From: Bdellovibrionales bacterium
GTDB lineage: Bacteria > Bdellovibrionota > UBA1018 > CAIMNF01
Length of the DNA: 64,000 nucleotides
NCBI GenBank assembly: GCA_947372355.1
Contig: CANBTI010000003.1
Coordinates: 1,438 to 65,437, forward strand
Reading direction: 5' to 3'
Positions within the stretch are counted from its first letter, which is position 1, and the number at the start of each line of letters is the position of its first letter. The notes under the pieces were generated by a model. That model saw nothing but the letters and a program-made list of their open reading frames with translations, was not told the DNA's origin and did no database searches. A program made the translations under genes and the position numbers. This document shows, piece by piece, positions 8,950 through 18,189 of the stretch.

Positions 8950-9796
8950 CCAAAATAAACTTCAAATTGCTCGTCTACTTTATCAATTGGTAAGATTGAT
9001 GAGGGCTTGTGTGGGTCTAAAGGGCAATCACGCGATTTGTAAGCGCTCAGGCATCAAGTGGAATTTGGATTTAAGTGAAGGGATCGATTTATCAATTTAC
9101 CTTTTCGGAAAGTTTGAGCGCTCCACTTCTGCCGCAATTCAAAGGTTGGTTTTACCAGGTGCCATTGTTTTTGACATTGGCGCTAATGTTGGAGCGCATG
9201 CTCTTCCCATGTCGAGGCTAGTGGGGGAAAAGGGCAGAGTTTATGCTATTGAGCCTACCGATTGGGCATTTAAGAAACTTTCTCAGAATTTAGAACTCAA
9301 CCCGTCATTGAAATTAAGCCTTATACCAATGAACATGCTATTTTCGGATTTAAAAAGTGAGATACCCAAAAGTATCTATTCAAGCTGGAAGCTGGAGGCG
9401 GGAGTAGAGCATCACATTCATGGGGGTAGATTGAATTCAATCGCTGATGCTGAATCCACAAGCTTAGATGTAGTGGTGAAGCGCTTGGGATTAAAGAAGT
9501 TGGATTTCATTAAACTTGATGTGGATGGTTTTGAACTCAAGGTATTAGAAGGTGGGGTTCAAACATTGACCGAAATGAAGCCAAAAATAATCCTGGAAGT
9601 AACCCCTTACACGCTTGAGGAACAGGGTGATTCATTAGAACTGCTTTTGGAATTTTTTAAGAAATTAAATTACCGTATTTTTTCAGAAGATGGAAAAACT
9701 GAATTTTTTTTAAACGTGAACCAACTGAGAAAAAAAATTCCAGCGCTCGGTGGCATTAATATTTTAGCATGTCATTCTTTTGACAGGAAGCTGTGA
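8942..9796 (+). CDS. FkbM-family methyltransferase
   Basis: 'VFDIGANVGAHALPMS' and 'DFIKLDVDGFELKVLEG' are signature FkbM motifs. Confidence 0.65.
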   Translation: MNTQNKLQIARLLYQLVRLMRACVGLKGNHAICKRSGIKWNLDLSEGIDLSIYLFGKFERSTSAAIQRLVLPGAIVFDIGANVGAHALPMSRLVGEKGRVYAIEPTDWAFKKLSQNLELNPSLKLSLIPMNMLFSDLKSEIPKSIYSSWKLEAGVEHHIHGGRLNSIADAESTSLDVVVKRLGLKKLDFIKLDVDGFELKVLEGGVQTLTEMKPKIILEVTPYTLEEQGDSLELLLEFFKKLNYRIFSEDGKTEFFLNVNQLRKKIPALGGINILACHSFDRKL

Positions 9797-9931
9797 GTAC
9801 CTGTTTTTTTTACTTTACTTTGATTTGTTTTTCTCTCAATATTAAATAATAATAGTTTTACAATTTATAAACATCCTTGAAAAAGGATAAAGAATTGGCC
9901 GAAAAAAATTCAAGGAATGGATTGAGGAAAT

Positions 9932-10672
9932 ATGAAAAAATTAAATAAATTAGGACAAAAAGGTTTTACATTAATTGAAGTTTTAATGGCCGTTTTGATT
10001 ATTGTGATTTTAGCAGTTGTGGGGATCACTCAATTCAGCAATTTCGCAGCAGATGCAAAAAATGCAGCAACTAAATCAAATTTAGCGATCTTAAGAAATG
10101 CAATTGGTACGATGAATGCTCTCGAGAGAGTTCGATGTGCTAAAACTACGGTTTTATTTCCAGATGTAATTACTTTAACCAATAATGATATTACTGGTTG
10201 TACAACTGCAACAGGTACTGCCGCGGGTGGTGGTGTAGCAGCTTGTGATCCATCTACATTGATTAATCCTAACACTGGTCTCGTTTATGGAAGTGCCGGC
10301 GTGGGTTGTTCGGTTGCTTATTTAACATCTGGTGATTACATCTCCTTAATTCCACTCATCGATCATCCGTATGTACAAAATGGAATTCCTAACAATCCTT
10401 GGACGGCAGCACTTTCAACAGATGCTCCAAATCTTGTTCAAGCAGACACTGCTCCAATCGCAGGTGCGATATCTTGCTTCAATGCTCCAGTAACAACATT
10501 TGGTGCGATTGCAAAAGCTAAAAAATGTGTTACAGCGGGGACAGCATTTGGTGCTCCAGCTGCAACGGGTGAATCCGGATGGTGCTACTGTCAAAAGACA
10601 GGTCAAATTTGGGCTAATAGCGCAAATAATGATGGCGCTGCACTTGGAACAGGTATGGAAAGTACTTTCTAG
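9932..10672 (+). CDS. pilA: type IV pilin (prepilin-type N-terminal methylation domain), large Cys-rich, copy 1
   Basis: Leader MKKLNKLGQKG|FTLIEVLMAVLII with Glu+5. 246 aa with 8 Cys. An intrinsic terminator follows. Confidence 0.8.
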   Translation: MKKLNKLGQKGFTLIEVLMAVLIIVILAVVGITQFSNFAADAKNAATKSNLAILRNAIGTMNALERVRCAKTTVLFPDVITLTNNDITGCTTATGTAAGGGVAACDPSTLINPNTGLVYGSAGVGCSVAYLTSGDYISLIPLIDHPYVQNGIPNNPWTAALSTDAPNLVQADTAPIAGAISCFNAPVTTFGAIAKAKKCVTAGTAFGAPAATGESGWCYCQKTGQIWANSANNDGAALGTGMESTF

Positions 10673-10697
10673 ATTTTAAATTAATTTATGCGAATCA

Positions 10698-10734
10698 GCG
10701 TCGGTCGGCGAAAGCTAACCGGCGCTTTTTTTTT
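10698..10734 (+). terminator. rho-independent terminator after pilin copy 1
   Basis: GCGUCGGUCGGCG-GAAA-loop-CUAACCGGCGC hairpin (8-bp outer stem, inner 3-bp stem, GAAA tetraloop) followed by T9. Confidence 0.55.
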
Positions 10735-10778
10735 ATGGAACTTATCGAGCGATCAGTACATAGTTTAATTATTAGATA

Positions 10779-11534
10779 ATGAAAAAAATCAAAGCACTAG
10801 GGCATCACGGTTTTACATTAATTGAGCTTTTGATGACCACTTTGATTATCGGAATCTTAGCTGTAGTGGGCATCACACAATTTAATAATTTTTCTGCAGA
10901 TGCAAAAAATTCATCGACTCGAGCAAATTTGGCAATCATGAGAAATGCCATTGGAGTGATGAACGCAATGGAGCGAGTTCGTTGTAATAAAGTTTCGCTC
11001 AATTTCCCAGCTGTAGGAGCACTTCAAAGTAACGATGTCACAGGATGTACCAATGCTCCGGCGCCTCATGCTGGTGTAGTGGGAGCATTGGCTGCATGTT
11101 ATTTTGCGAACATTACCAATCCTAGAACAGGTTTGGTTTACACTGGTGGTTGTAGTTCTGATTTGTTTTCTGATGCTAATTACATGAGCTTAATGCCCGC
11201 AATTGACCGCCCATTTGTACAAAACTCAATTCCAAACAATCCATGGCAATCAGCTTCTGAGATTACACTTTTTTCAAATACAGTTACCGTAGATACCGTA
11301 AATCCAAGTAATGCCGGTGCTCCTTGTTTAGATGAACCGATTCATGCAGCTGGCGCAATGGTAAATGGTACGGCATGCGGAACCAGACTTATTGCCGCAG
11401 GAATTGGTACCGTGTATGGAACTGCTACCTTAGATGGTGGATGGTGCTACTGTGAGGGTACTGGCCAGATTTGGGCTAATACTGGAAACAATGATGGATT
11501 GAATGCTGGTACTGGTAATGAGAGTTTATTTTAG
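10779..11534 (+). CDS. type IV pilin paralog, copy 2 (divergent)
   Basis: Leader MKKIKALGHHG|FTLIELLMTTLII. 251 aa. Shares the conserved core and C-terminus (GWCYCEGTGQIWAN...) but is only about half identical to copies 1 and 3. Confidence 0.8.
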   Translation: MKKIKALGHHGFTLIELLMTTLIIGILAVVGITQFNNFSADAKNSSTRANLAIMRNAIGVMNAMERVRCNKVSLNFPAVGALQSNDVTGCTNAPAPHAGVVGALAACYFANITNPRTGLVYTGGCSSDLFSDANYMSLMPAIDRPFVQNSIPNNPWQSASEITLFSNTVTVDTVNPSNAGAPCLDEPIHAAGAMVNGTACGTRLIAAGIGTVYGTATLDGGWCYCEGTGQIWANTGNNDGLNAGTGNESLF

Positions 11535-11570
11535 TTTACTTTGGTTGCTTATTATCTAAGATATAATTAT

Positions 11571-12311
11571 ATGGTAAAAATAAATAAAATTGGACAAAAG
11601 GGTTTTACATTAATCGAAGTTTTAATGGCCGTTTTGATTGTTGTTATTTTAGCGGTAGTTGGGATCACGCAATTCAGCAATTTTGCAGCAGATGCAAAAA
11701 ATGCTGCAACTAAATCCAATTTACAAATTTTAAGAAATGCCATTGGCGCAAAAAATGCTTTAGAAAGAATTCGTTGTGCTAAAACAGCAGCGACTTTCCC
11801 CGATGTGATTACCCTCACTAATAACGATATTACTGGCTGTACTTCTGGAGCGGGTACTGCTGCAGGAAGTTTAACTGCTGCTTGTTCACCCAATACACTG
11901 ATCAATCCTGTTACCGGGCTAGTTTATGGTAGTGCTGGTGTTGGTTGCTCAGTGGCTTATTTAACTTCAGGTGATTATATTTCATTGATTCCATTAGTTG
12001 ATCATCCATATGTGCAAAATGGGATTCCCAATAATCCTTGGACAGACGCTGTTTCAACAGATGCACCAAATCTAGTTCAAGCAGACACTGCTCCAGTTGC
12101 TGGCGCTATTTCTTGTGCCAATGCTCCAGTAACCACTTTTGGTGCTTTGGCAAAAGCAAAAAAATGTGTTACAGCGGGGACGGCATTTGGTGCTCCAGCA
12201 GCAACTGGTGAATCTGGTTGGTGCTATTGTCAAAAAACAGGACAACTATGGGCAAATAGCGCAAATAACGATGGCGCTGCACTTGGTACTGGTTTGGAAA
12301 GTACGTTCTAG
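11571..12311 (+). CDS. type IV pilin paralog, copy 3 (about 89% identical to copy 1 by manual alignment)
   Basis: Leader MVKINKIGQKG|FTLIEV. The ORF-track start at 11541 adds a non-pilin-like 10-aa extension, so the start at 11571 is preferred. Confidence 0.8.
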   Translation: MVKINKIGQKGFTLIEVLMAVLIVVILAVVGITQFSNFAADAKNAATKSNLQILRNAIGAKNALERIRCAKTAATFPDVITLTNNDITGCTSGAGTAAGSLTAACSPNTLINPVTGLVYGSAGVGCSVAYLTSGDYISLIPLVDHPYVQNGIPNNPWTDAVSTDAPNLVQADTAPVAGAISCANAPVTTFGALAKAKKCVTAGTAFGAPAATGESGWCYCQKTGQLWANSANNDGAALGTGLESTF

Positions 12312-12375
12312 TTTTTGATCAAAATCTTGACATTTAATTCATCATTGTCATAATCGATTCAAAGGATTCGAATCA

Positions 12376-13311
12376 ATGATTGAAGTGACAGAACTTACTA
12401 AAATTTTTGGTCATCGATTGGCCATTGATCATTTAAACTTTAAAATTAAAGCAGGAGAAATTGTTGGTTTTTTAGGTCCGAATGGAGCTGGAAAAAGCAC
12501 TACAATGAAAATTCTCACGGGCGTGATGCCCGCCAGTTCTGGTACCGCCAAAATAGCTGGATATGATGTATTTGATGAAGCTAGAGAAGTAAAAAAAAAT
12601 ATAGGCTACCTTCCTGAAATGCCACCCATTTATTTTGATATGCTAGTAGATGAGTATTTGGAATTCGTTGCAAAGCTTCATTATGTAACAAAATCAAACC
12701 TAAAATCATCAATTGATCGATCACTTGAAAAAACAGGGTTAACTGAAGTACGACATCGTGTGATAGGAAATCTATCAAAAGGGTACCGTCAACGTGTGGG
12801 CTTGGCTCAAGCTTTAGTTCATGATCCAAAGGTATTAATTTTAGATGAACCTACCGTAGGTTTAGATCCAGTTCAAATTATCGAAATCCGTGAATTGATC
12901 AAATCATTAGCGGGCGCTCACACCGTGGTTTTAAGTACACATATTCTTCCTGAAGTAACTGCAACTTGTGAAAGAATTATTTTAATCAACAAAGGTACTT
13001 TGGTCAGTGAAGAGATGATCGAAGATCGGATTATGTTTCAAATGCTGGTTAAGTCCATAAATGAAAATGGATTAAAGGCTTTGAAATCAATTCCAGGAGT
13101 AAAAGATGTTCACTCTGTTGTTGGTGTTGAAGAGGGAACAATTTCAATTGAGTTAAATTCTATGCAATCAGAATTGCGTGGCCGCTTGATTGAGGTGGCT
13201 ATGCAAGAAAAAATGGGAGTTCTTGAGTTTTCGTCAGTAAAATTAAATCTAGAAGAAATCTTTTTAAAATTATCTGCTGCTGATCACGCAATGATGGAGA
13301 AACGCGCATGA
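12376..13311 (+). CDS. ABC transporter ATP-binding protein (ABC-2/GldA-like)
   Basis: Walker A GPNGAGKST, signature LSKGYRQRV, Walker B ILILDEPT. Confidence 0.7.
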   Translation: MIEVTELTKIFGHRLAIDHLNFKIKAGEIVGFLGPNGAGKSTTMKILTGVMPASSGTAKIAGYDVFDEAREVKKNIGYLPEMPPIYFDMLVDEYLEFVAKLHYVTKSNLKSSIDRSLEKTGLTEVRHRVIGNLSKGYRQRVGLAQALVHDPKVLILDEPTVGLDPVQIIEIRELIKSLAGAHTVVLSTHILPEVTATCERIILINKGTLVSEEMIEDRIMFQMLVKSINENGLKALKSIPGVKDVHSVVGVEEGTISIELNSMQSELRGRLIEVAMQEKMGVLEFSSVKLNLEEIFLKLSAADHAMMEKRA

Positions 13312-14084
13312 GTTTTAGTTTCAAGCAAATGTGGACCATTTGCGAAAAAGAATTTAAGTCATATTTTTCATCGCCTATAGCTTACATTATCATCGCTGGT
13401 TTTTTATTTATCTTGGGTTGGATGTTTTTCTTTAATTTAGATCACGTGAGTCAGATCACCCATCAATATTCAGCAACTGGGGCAAGGGTTGCGAGTATTA
13501 CTGACGGAATAGTAAAGCCAATTTACGGAAGTATGAATGTGATCTTTTTATTTATCATTCCATTCATAACCATGCGCTTGTTTGCAGAAGAAAAAAAAAT
13601 GCAAACTATGCAGCTTCTTTTATCATCTCCTGTGAGTATGGGAGAGATTCTTTTTGGTAAATTTTTTGCTGCATTATTGTTTATTTTAACAATGTTGTTA
13701 TTCACTTTGGTTTATCCGATAATTCTATTGATGTTTAGCAATCCTGACTTAGGTCCAATTTTTACCCATTACCTTGGAATAGTTTTGATGGTTTGTTGTT
13801 ACCTTTCGATTGGTATTTTCTTTTCAGCAATTTCAGAAAATCAAATCGCAGCAGGCGGAATGACCTTTTCGGCAATATTCTTTTTTTGGCTGATTGATTT
13901 AGCTTCCCAATCTTCAGGACCTATTTTGCAAGTGATTTTAGAATATCTTTCATTAAATAGGCATTTCAATAAATTTAGCCTCGGCATTATCAATACATCG
14001 GATGTGATTTTCTATTTATCATTCATTTCATTGGGTTTATTTTTCACTCATCGAGCCCTCGATTCATCTCGATGGAGGGAGTAA
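13308..14084 (+). CDS. ABC-2 family permease (GldF-like)
   Basis: Six predicted TM helices, a 4-bp start/stop overlap with the upstream ATPase. Confidence 0.55.
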   Translation: MSFSFKQMWTICEKEFKSYFSSPIAYIIIAGFLFILGWMFFFNLDHVSQITHQYSATGARVASITDGIVKPIYGSMNVIFLFIIPFITMRLFAEEKKMQTMQLLLSSPVSMGEILFGKFFAALLFILTMLLFTLVYPIILLMFSNPDLGPIFTHYLGIVLMVCCYLSIGIFFSAISENQIAAGGMTFSAIFFFWLIDLASQSSGPILQVILEYLSLNRHFNKFSLGIINTSDVIFYLSFISLGLFFTHRALDSSRWRE

Positions 14085-14086
14085 AT

Positions 14087-15457
14087 ATGAATAAAAAAAT
14101 ATTTAATAACCGAAAGTTCTCACAAAGTGCCAGTTCGATTTCCTTAACTGTAATAGTGATTGGTTTAATTTTGGTGATCAATTACTTCGGAGGTCATAAT
14201 CAAATAGAGTTAGATTTGACCAAAAACAAAATCCACGCATTTTCTGATCAAACAAACAAAGTAATGCATGAGTTGAAAGCGGATTTAAGGGCTGAATATT
14301 TCGGTGACTCAAATGGGAAGGCAAGATACACACCACTTTTTGAAAATTACCAAAGATTATCTAATCACTTTAAAATTGAGTACATAGATCCCAATAAAGA
14401 ACCTGCAAGGGTTAGAGCTTCTGGAATTAAAAAAATAAATACTCTTGTACTAACTTATCAACAAAAGTCGGTAAAAATTGATGATTTAAGTGAAGAAAAA
14501 ATTACCAATTCGATACTTAAAATCGAAAAAGAAAAAAAACAAACTGCTTGTTTTGTCGTAGGTCATGGCGAATCAAGTATTGAAGACATTACTCAAAATG
14601 GGATGCAATCTCTAAAAATTGGTTTGGAAGATCAAGCATATGAAGTAAAAGAAGTATTACTATCAAACGTAAATTTGATCACCACTTGTAATTCTATCTT
14701 GATGCTAGGACCCCATGGTGACCTTTCTAAAAATGAATTGAAATCCCTAGAAGAATATTTAAATCATGGTGGGAGAGCGGTTTTTGCCGTTGATGCAGAA
14801 TTGGCTCAGAAAGAAAAACTCTCTAAAGATTTTCGTCAGCTATTAAATGGGTGGGGTGTAATTGTTAAAGATGGTCTAATTGTTGATCCTGAATCCCGGA
14901 AAGCTGGGATGGACGCTTCAGTGGTAATGATTAATCTTTTTAATCCTACTCACCTTATTACTAAGGATTATTTACAACCAAGTTATTTTCCATTCGTTCG
15001 TCCGATTGATCCGGTTGCTGTAGCCCCATCAGGATTGATGAGTATTACCTCGCTAGCAAAAACAAATGAAAATGCTTGGTCTGAATTAGACATCGATTCA
15101 TTTGTTAAAGGATCTGCCCAATATAATGAAGGGGTAGACATTAAAAAAGGTATGCAATCAGTTGCAGTTGCAATTACTGGAAAACACGATACTCGCATCG
15201 TTGTATTTGGTTCCAGTCAGATGGTAAACAATCAATACGCAAGATTTGGTGGTAATTTAGATCTGTTTTTAAATTCTGTAAGTTGGATACTTCAAGATGA
15301 AAATCTAATTTCAATTCGAACTAAAAGCGATGATGAAGGAAGGGTGGAGTTGACCGAGCAAAATAGCATTAAAATTTTCTGGATCATCATAGTTGTGATT
15401 CCATTTACCATCATGTTGCTAGGCATTCTAATTTGGCTTAAGAGAAAAAACCGCTAA
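14087..15457 (+). CDS. GldG-like ABC transporter auxiliary protein (N- and C-terminal TM anchors flanking a large periplasmic domain)
   Basis: TM near the N-terminus (ISLTVIVIGLILVINYF) and at the C-terminus (IFWIIIVVIPFTIMLLGILIWL). The architecture and gene order (ATPase-permease-auxiliary) match GldA/F/G-type systems. RBS GGAGGGA precedes the ATG at 14087. Confidence 0.5.
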   Translation: MNKKIFNNRKFSQSASSISLTVIVIGLILVINYFGGHNQIELDLTKNKIHAFSDQTNKVMHELKADLRAEYFGDSNGKARYTPLFENYQRLSNHFKIEYIDPNKEPARVRASGIKKINTLVLTYQQKSVKIDDLSEEKITNSILKIEKEKKQTACFVVGHGESSIEDITQNGMQSLKIGLEDQAYEVKEVLLSNVNLITTCNSILMLGPHGDLSKNELKSLEEYLNHGGRAVFAVDAELAQKEKLSKDFRQLLNGWGVIVKDGLIVDPESRKAGMDASVVMINLFNPTHLITKDYLQPSYFPFVRPIDPVAVAPSGLMSITSLAKTNENAWSELDIDSFVKGSAQYNEGVDIKKGMQSVAVAITGKHDTRIVVFGSSQMVNNQYARFGGNLDLFLNSVSWILQDENLISIRTKSDDEGRVELTEQNSIKIFWIIIVVIPFTIMLLGILIWLKRKNR

Positions 15458-15545
15458 AATATTAAAAAGCGTCAAGGATTTGTCGCGTTAAAACTTTATT
15501 CATGAGTTGTCCTTTTTTTTCCGAAAGGAAGTATGAGAAGGCCTT

Positions 15546-16403
15546 ATGAAAAATATATATAGCAAATTTTTTAATATGGATTTAAATCCTTTCGGTGAAA
15601 CACCCGATCCAGATTTCTATTATGCTTCTCATCAGCATAATAGAGCTCTAGGAATTTTAGATACAGCTATTCGACAAGGAAAAGGTTTTTGTTTGCTTAC
15701 CGGTGAAGTGGGTACAGGAAAAACTCTATTATCCCGCCTTTTACTTTCCTCCGTTTCAAATCATTCAAATACTGCATTAATATTATACCCAAGATTTTCT
15801 GATCTTGAACTACTGCAAGCTATTGTAGATGAATTTGAAGTTCCTGAATCTGAAGTAGAATTAAAAACCACGAAAGCTTACTTAGATCATTTAAATAAAT
15901 TTTTATTATCAAGTTTAGATATTGGAAAACGTTCCATTCTTATCATTGATGAAGCTCAAGCCATGAGTGTTGAAGCATTAGAAATGATAAGATTACTGAC
16001 GAATTTAGAAACTAAAACTCAAAAACTACTTCAAATAATTTTAATCGGACAACCTGAGTTAGAAGTTACGTTGGCGCGTCCAGAGCTTCGTCAGTTGAAA
16101 CAAAGAATTAGCGTTCATGCAACTTTACAGGGTTTAGATAATATAGAAACCGAAAGATACATAAAAAGTAGAATTGAGCACGTGGGTAATGGAAACTTTA
16201 TCCGATTTGAAAATTCTGCAATTAAAGTCATTCATGAATTGGCTTCAGGTATGCCAAGAAGAATTAATCAATTGTGCGAATCGGTATTAGTCACAGCAGA
16301 ATCAAAAAAAGTTCGATTAATTACCAGTGATTTTGCGAGACAAGCCTTGGGTTGCAAGCCAAAGAGTTTATTTACTGTTTTTAGTAAAAAGGAGAAGGTA
16401 TGA
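15546..16403 (+). CDS. ExeA/GspA-like AAA ATPase (cytoplasmic domain only)
   Basis: N-terminal 'LNPFGETPDPDFYYASHQHNRAL' is typical of ExeA. Walker A GEVGTGKT. No TM or peptidoglycan-binding domain in this 285-aa protein. Confidence 0.6.
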   Translation: MKNIYSKFFNMDLNPFGETPDPDFYYASHQHNRALGILDTAIRQGKGFCLLTGEVGTGKTLLSRLLLSSVSNHSNTALILYPRFSDLELLQAIVDEFEVPESEVELKTTKAYLDHLNKFLLSSLDIGKRSILIIDEAQAMSVEALEMIRLLTNLETKTQKLLQIILIGQPELEVTLARPELRQLKQRISVHATLQGLDNIETERYIKSRIEHVGNGNFIRFENSAIKVIHELASGMPRRINQLCESVLVTAESKKVRLITSDFARQALGCKPKSLFTVFSKKEKV

Positions 16404-17446
16404 GTTTCTTTAAAAAGTCGGTACTGGGTGTTGATCTTGGAACTAGAACAATTAAAGGTATTCGATTGAAAAAAAACAAAACAGGAAAAATGGTTTTAGC
16501 TGGCCATTTTTTTCAAGATTTGTCTCAAACAACAGAAAACTTTCCTTCAAATTGTAATCGAGAAGAAGCTTTGAAAGCGGCATTAGAAATCCATTCACTT
16601 GGTTCTAGTGATGCTGCAACTACAGTAAAAGATAGCGATGTTTTAACATTTAATTTAGAATTACCAACGATGAGTGAAAGGGAGTTGGCACAAGTAGTGC
16701 CCCAAGAGATTGCTGAACAATCTCAATTAAACATAGATGATCTTAGTTGTGATTTTATTGTGTATCCAAATAATGTAAAAGCTCATTGCGTAAAAAAAGA
16801 AGTAGTGATGAAACAAATGAAACTTTTGGAAAATGTTGGTTTAAAACCTACATCAATCGAATCCGAAATGATGGCCATTACTTCCATGTTAGAATTTAAT
16901 GATTACTTGGATAAAAAAGAAGTAGTAGTTGTTTTCGACTTGGGTGAATCACATGTAAATTCTGGTTTAATAGCTGAAGGGATTTTGATGTTAACCCGTA
17001 GTAATAAGACTTCTTTTGGAACAGTAAATGCAAAACTAAAAGATGAGTTTAATCTTTCGTATCAACAGGCAGAATTATTAAAGCATGAGTATGATTTTTT
17101 TGCTGGTCCAGGTACCGAAAAAACAGATATCACCACAATTTTAGATGATGTTTACACTGAAATATTTAAAACCATTAAAGAAGATTTAGAGTATTACCAG
17201 GAATGTTCTGAGAGCTTAATGCGCATTGATCGAGTTTTATTAGTTGGTGGAGGCTCTCAAATTAAATCAGCAGTAAAGATTATTGAAAAATTTCTAAAAA
17301 CAACTGCTGTTGTGGTGAATCCATTTAGAAATATAGATATTTTTTCAAATAAAGAGTTAACAGATGAAGTTGCAGAATTAGCACCTTATATGGGAACAGC
17401 AGTGGGTTTAGCTTTGGTTCCATTCCAGAAAGGAAAGGCAGCATGA
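16400..17446 (+). CDS. pilM: type IV pilus assembly protein PilM (actin-like ATPase fold)
   Basis: N-terminal 'SVLGVDLGTRTIKGIRL' and C-terminal 'LLVGGGSQIKS' are typical of PilM/FtsA-like proteins. Start overlaps the upstream stop by 4 bp. Confidence 0.8.
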   Translation: MSFFKKSVLGVDLGTRTIKGIRLKKNKTGKMVLAGHFFQDLSQTTENFPSNCNREEALKAALEIHSLGSSDAATTVKDSDVLTFNLELPTMSERELAQVVPQEIAEQSQLNIDDLSCDFIVYPNNVKAHCVKKEVVMKQMKLLENVGLKPTSIESEMMAITSMLEFNDYLDKKEVVVVFDLGESHVNSGLIAEGILMLTRSNKTSFGTVNAKLKDEFNLSYQQAELLKHEYDFFAGPGTEKTDITTILDDVYTEIFKTIKEDLEYYQECSESLMRIDRVLLVGGGSQIKSAVKIIEKFLKTTAVVVNPFRNIDIFSNKELTDEVAELAPYMGTAVGLALVPFQKGKAA

Positions 17447-18189
17447 GAAGAGCAAATTTCGTAATTAAAAAAAGGTTCATCACTACAAAGGGAATGTTTT
17501 TTGCTTTGATGGTAACTTCCGTACTTGGGGTGTGTTCAACATTTCAAAAAAGTATTATTCAAAACTTAACTTCAATAAATACAACATCCTTGAAAAATAG
17601 AGTAATTGCATCAGTAAATACTAAGGTTGAAACACCAGTAGTTGAAAATAAACCAGTTGTAGCTCAAGTAGTGGCAGTCGCTGCTCCCGCGGTAGAGGTT
17701 AAAAATGTAATTTCTAATGAGTTCACCGTATTAGAAGAGAAAATTAAGTCCCAAAAAATTATTGGTGTTGAATCAATAGAGCGTGAAAAAAACTCTAATT
17801 CAATTCTAATTGTTTTGGAATCAGATGTATTTTTTAAATTGGGCACTGCTAATTTAGAAGAAAAGTCAAAAAACTCAATCCAAGAGGTGATTGAAATCTT
17901 AAAACCGATCAGTGTATCAAGTTTTATTGAAATCGAGGGGCATACAGATGGTTCCCCTATTATTCGACAAAAAGTTAATTATCCTTCCAACTGGGAATTA
18001 TCGGCAGCACGAGCTGCATCGTTAATTCCATTATTTTCAAGTAGTGGTTTTTTCAAAGATCAAATGAAAGTTGTTGGATATGGTGATTCTCGTCCTAGGT
18101 ACTCCAATCACATGAATAATGAGATCAGTGCTAAAAACAGAAGAATCGTTTTACACGTTTTTACACAGGGGGAAGAAAGAAAAATTTAA
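17443..18189 (+). CDS. OmpA/MotB-like peptidoglycan-binding membrane protein inserted between pilM and pilN
   Basis: N-terminal TM (MFFALMVTSVLGV). C-terminal OmpA_C-like domain (EGHTDGSPI...NWELSAARAASL...NRRIVLHVF). Confidence 0.65.
   Translation: MRRANFVIKKRFITTKGMFFALMVTSVLGVCSTFQKSIIQNLTSINTTSLKNRVIASVNTKVETPVVENKPVVAQVVAVAAPAVEVKNVISNEFTVLEEKIKSQKIIGVESIEREKNSNSILIVLESDVFFKLGTANLEEKSKNSIQEVIEILKPISVSSFIEIEGHTDGSPIIRQKVNYPSNWELSAARAASLIPLFSSSGFFKDQMKVVGYGDSRPRYSNHMNNEISAKNRRIVLHVFTQGEERKI

Noticed and set aside
9797-9931. Sigma54 (-24/-12) promoter upstream of pilin copy 1
   Set aside because: The best candidate (TGGCCG-N7-TTCA) has the wrong spacing and lacks the GC of the -12 element, so it was not called.
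11541-11570. Upstream start (MVAYYLRYNY...) for pilin copy 3
   Set aside because: Prepilin leaders are short and basic immediately before G|F. The Met at 11571 gives a leader (MVKINKIGQKG) that parallels copies 1 and 2.
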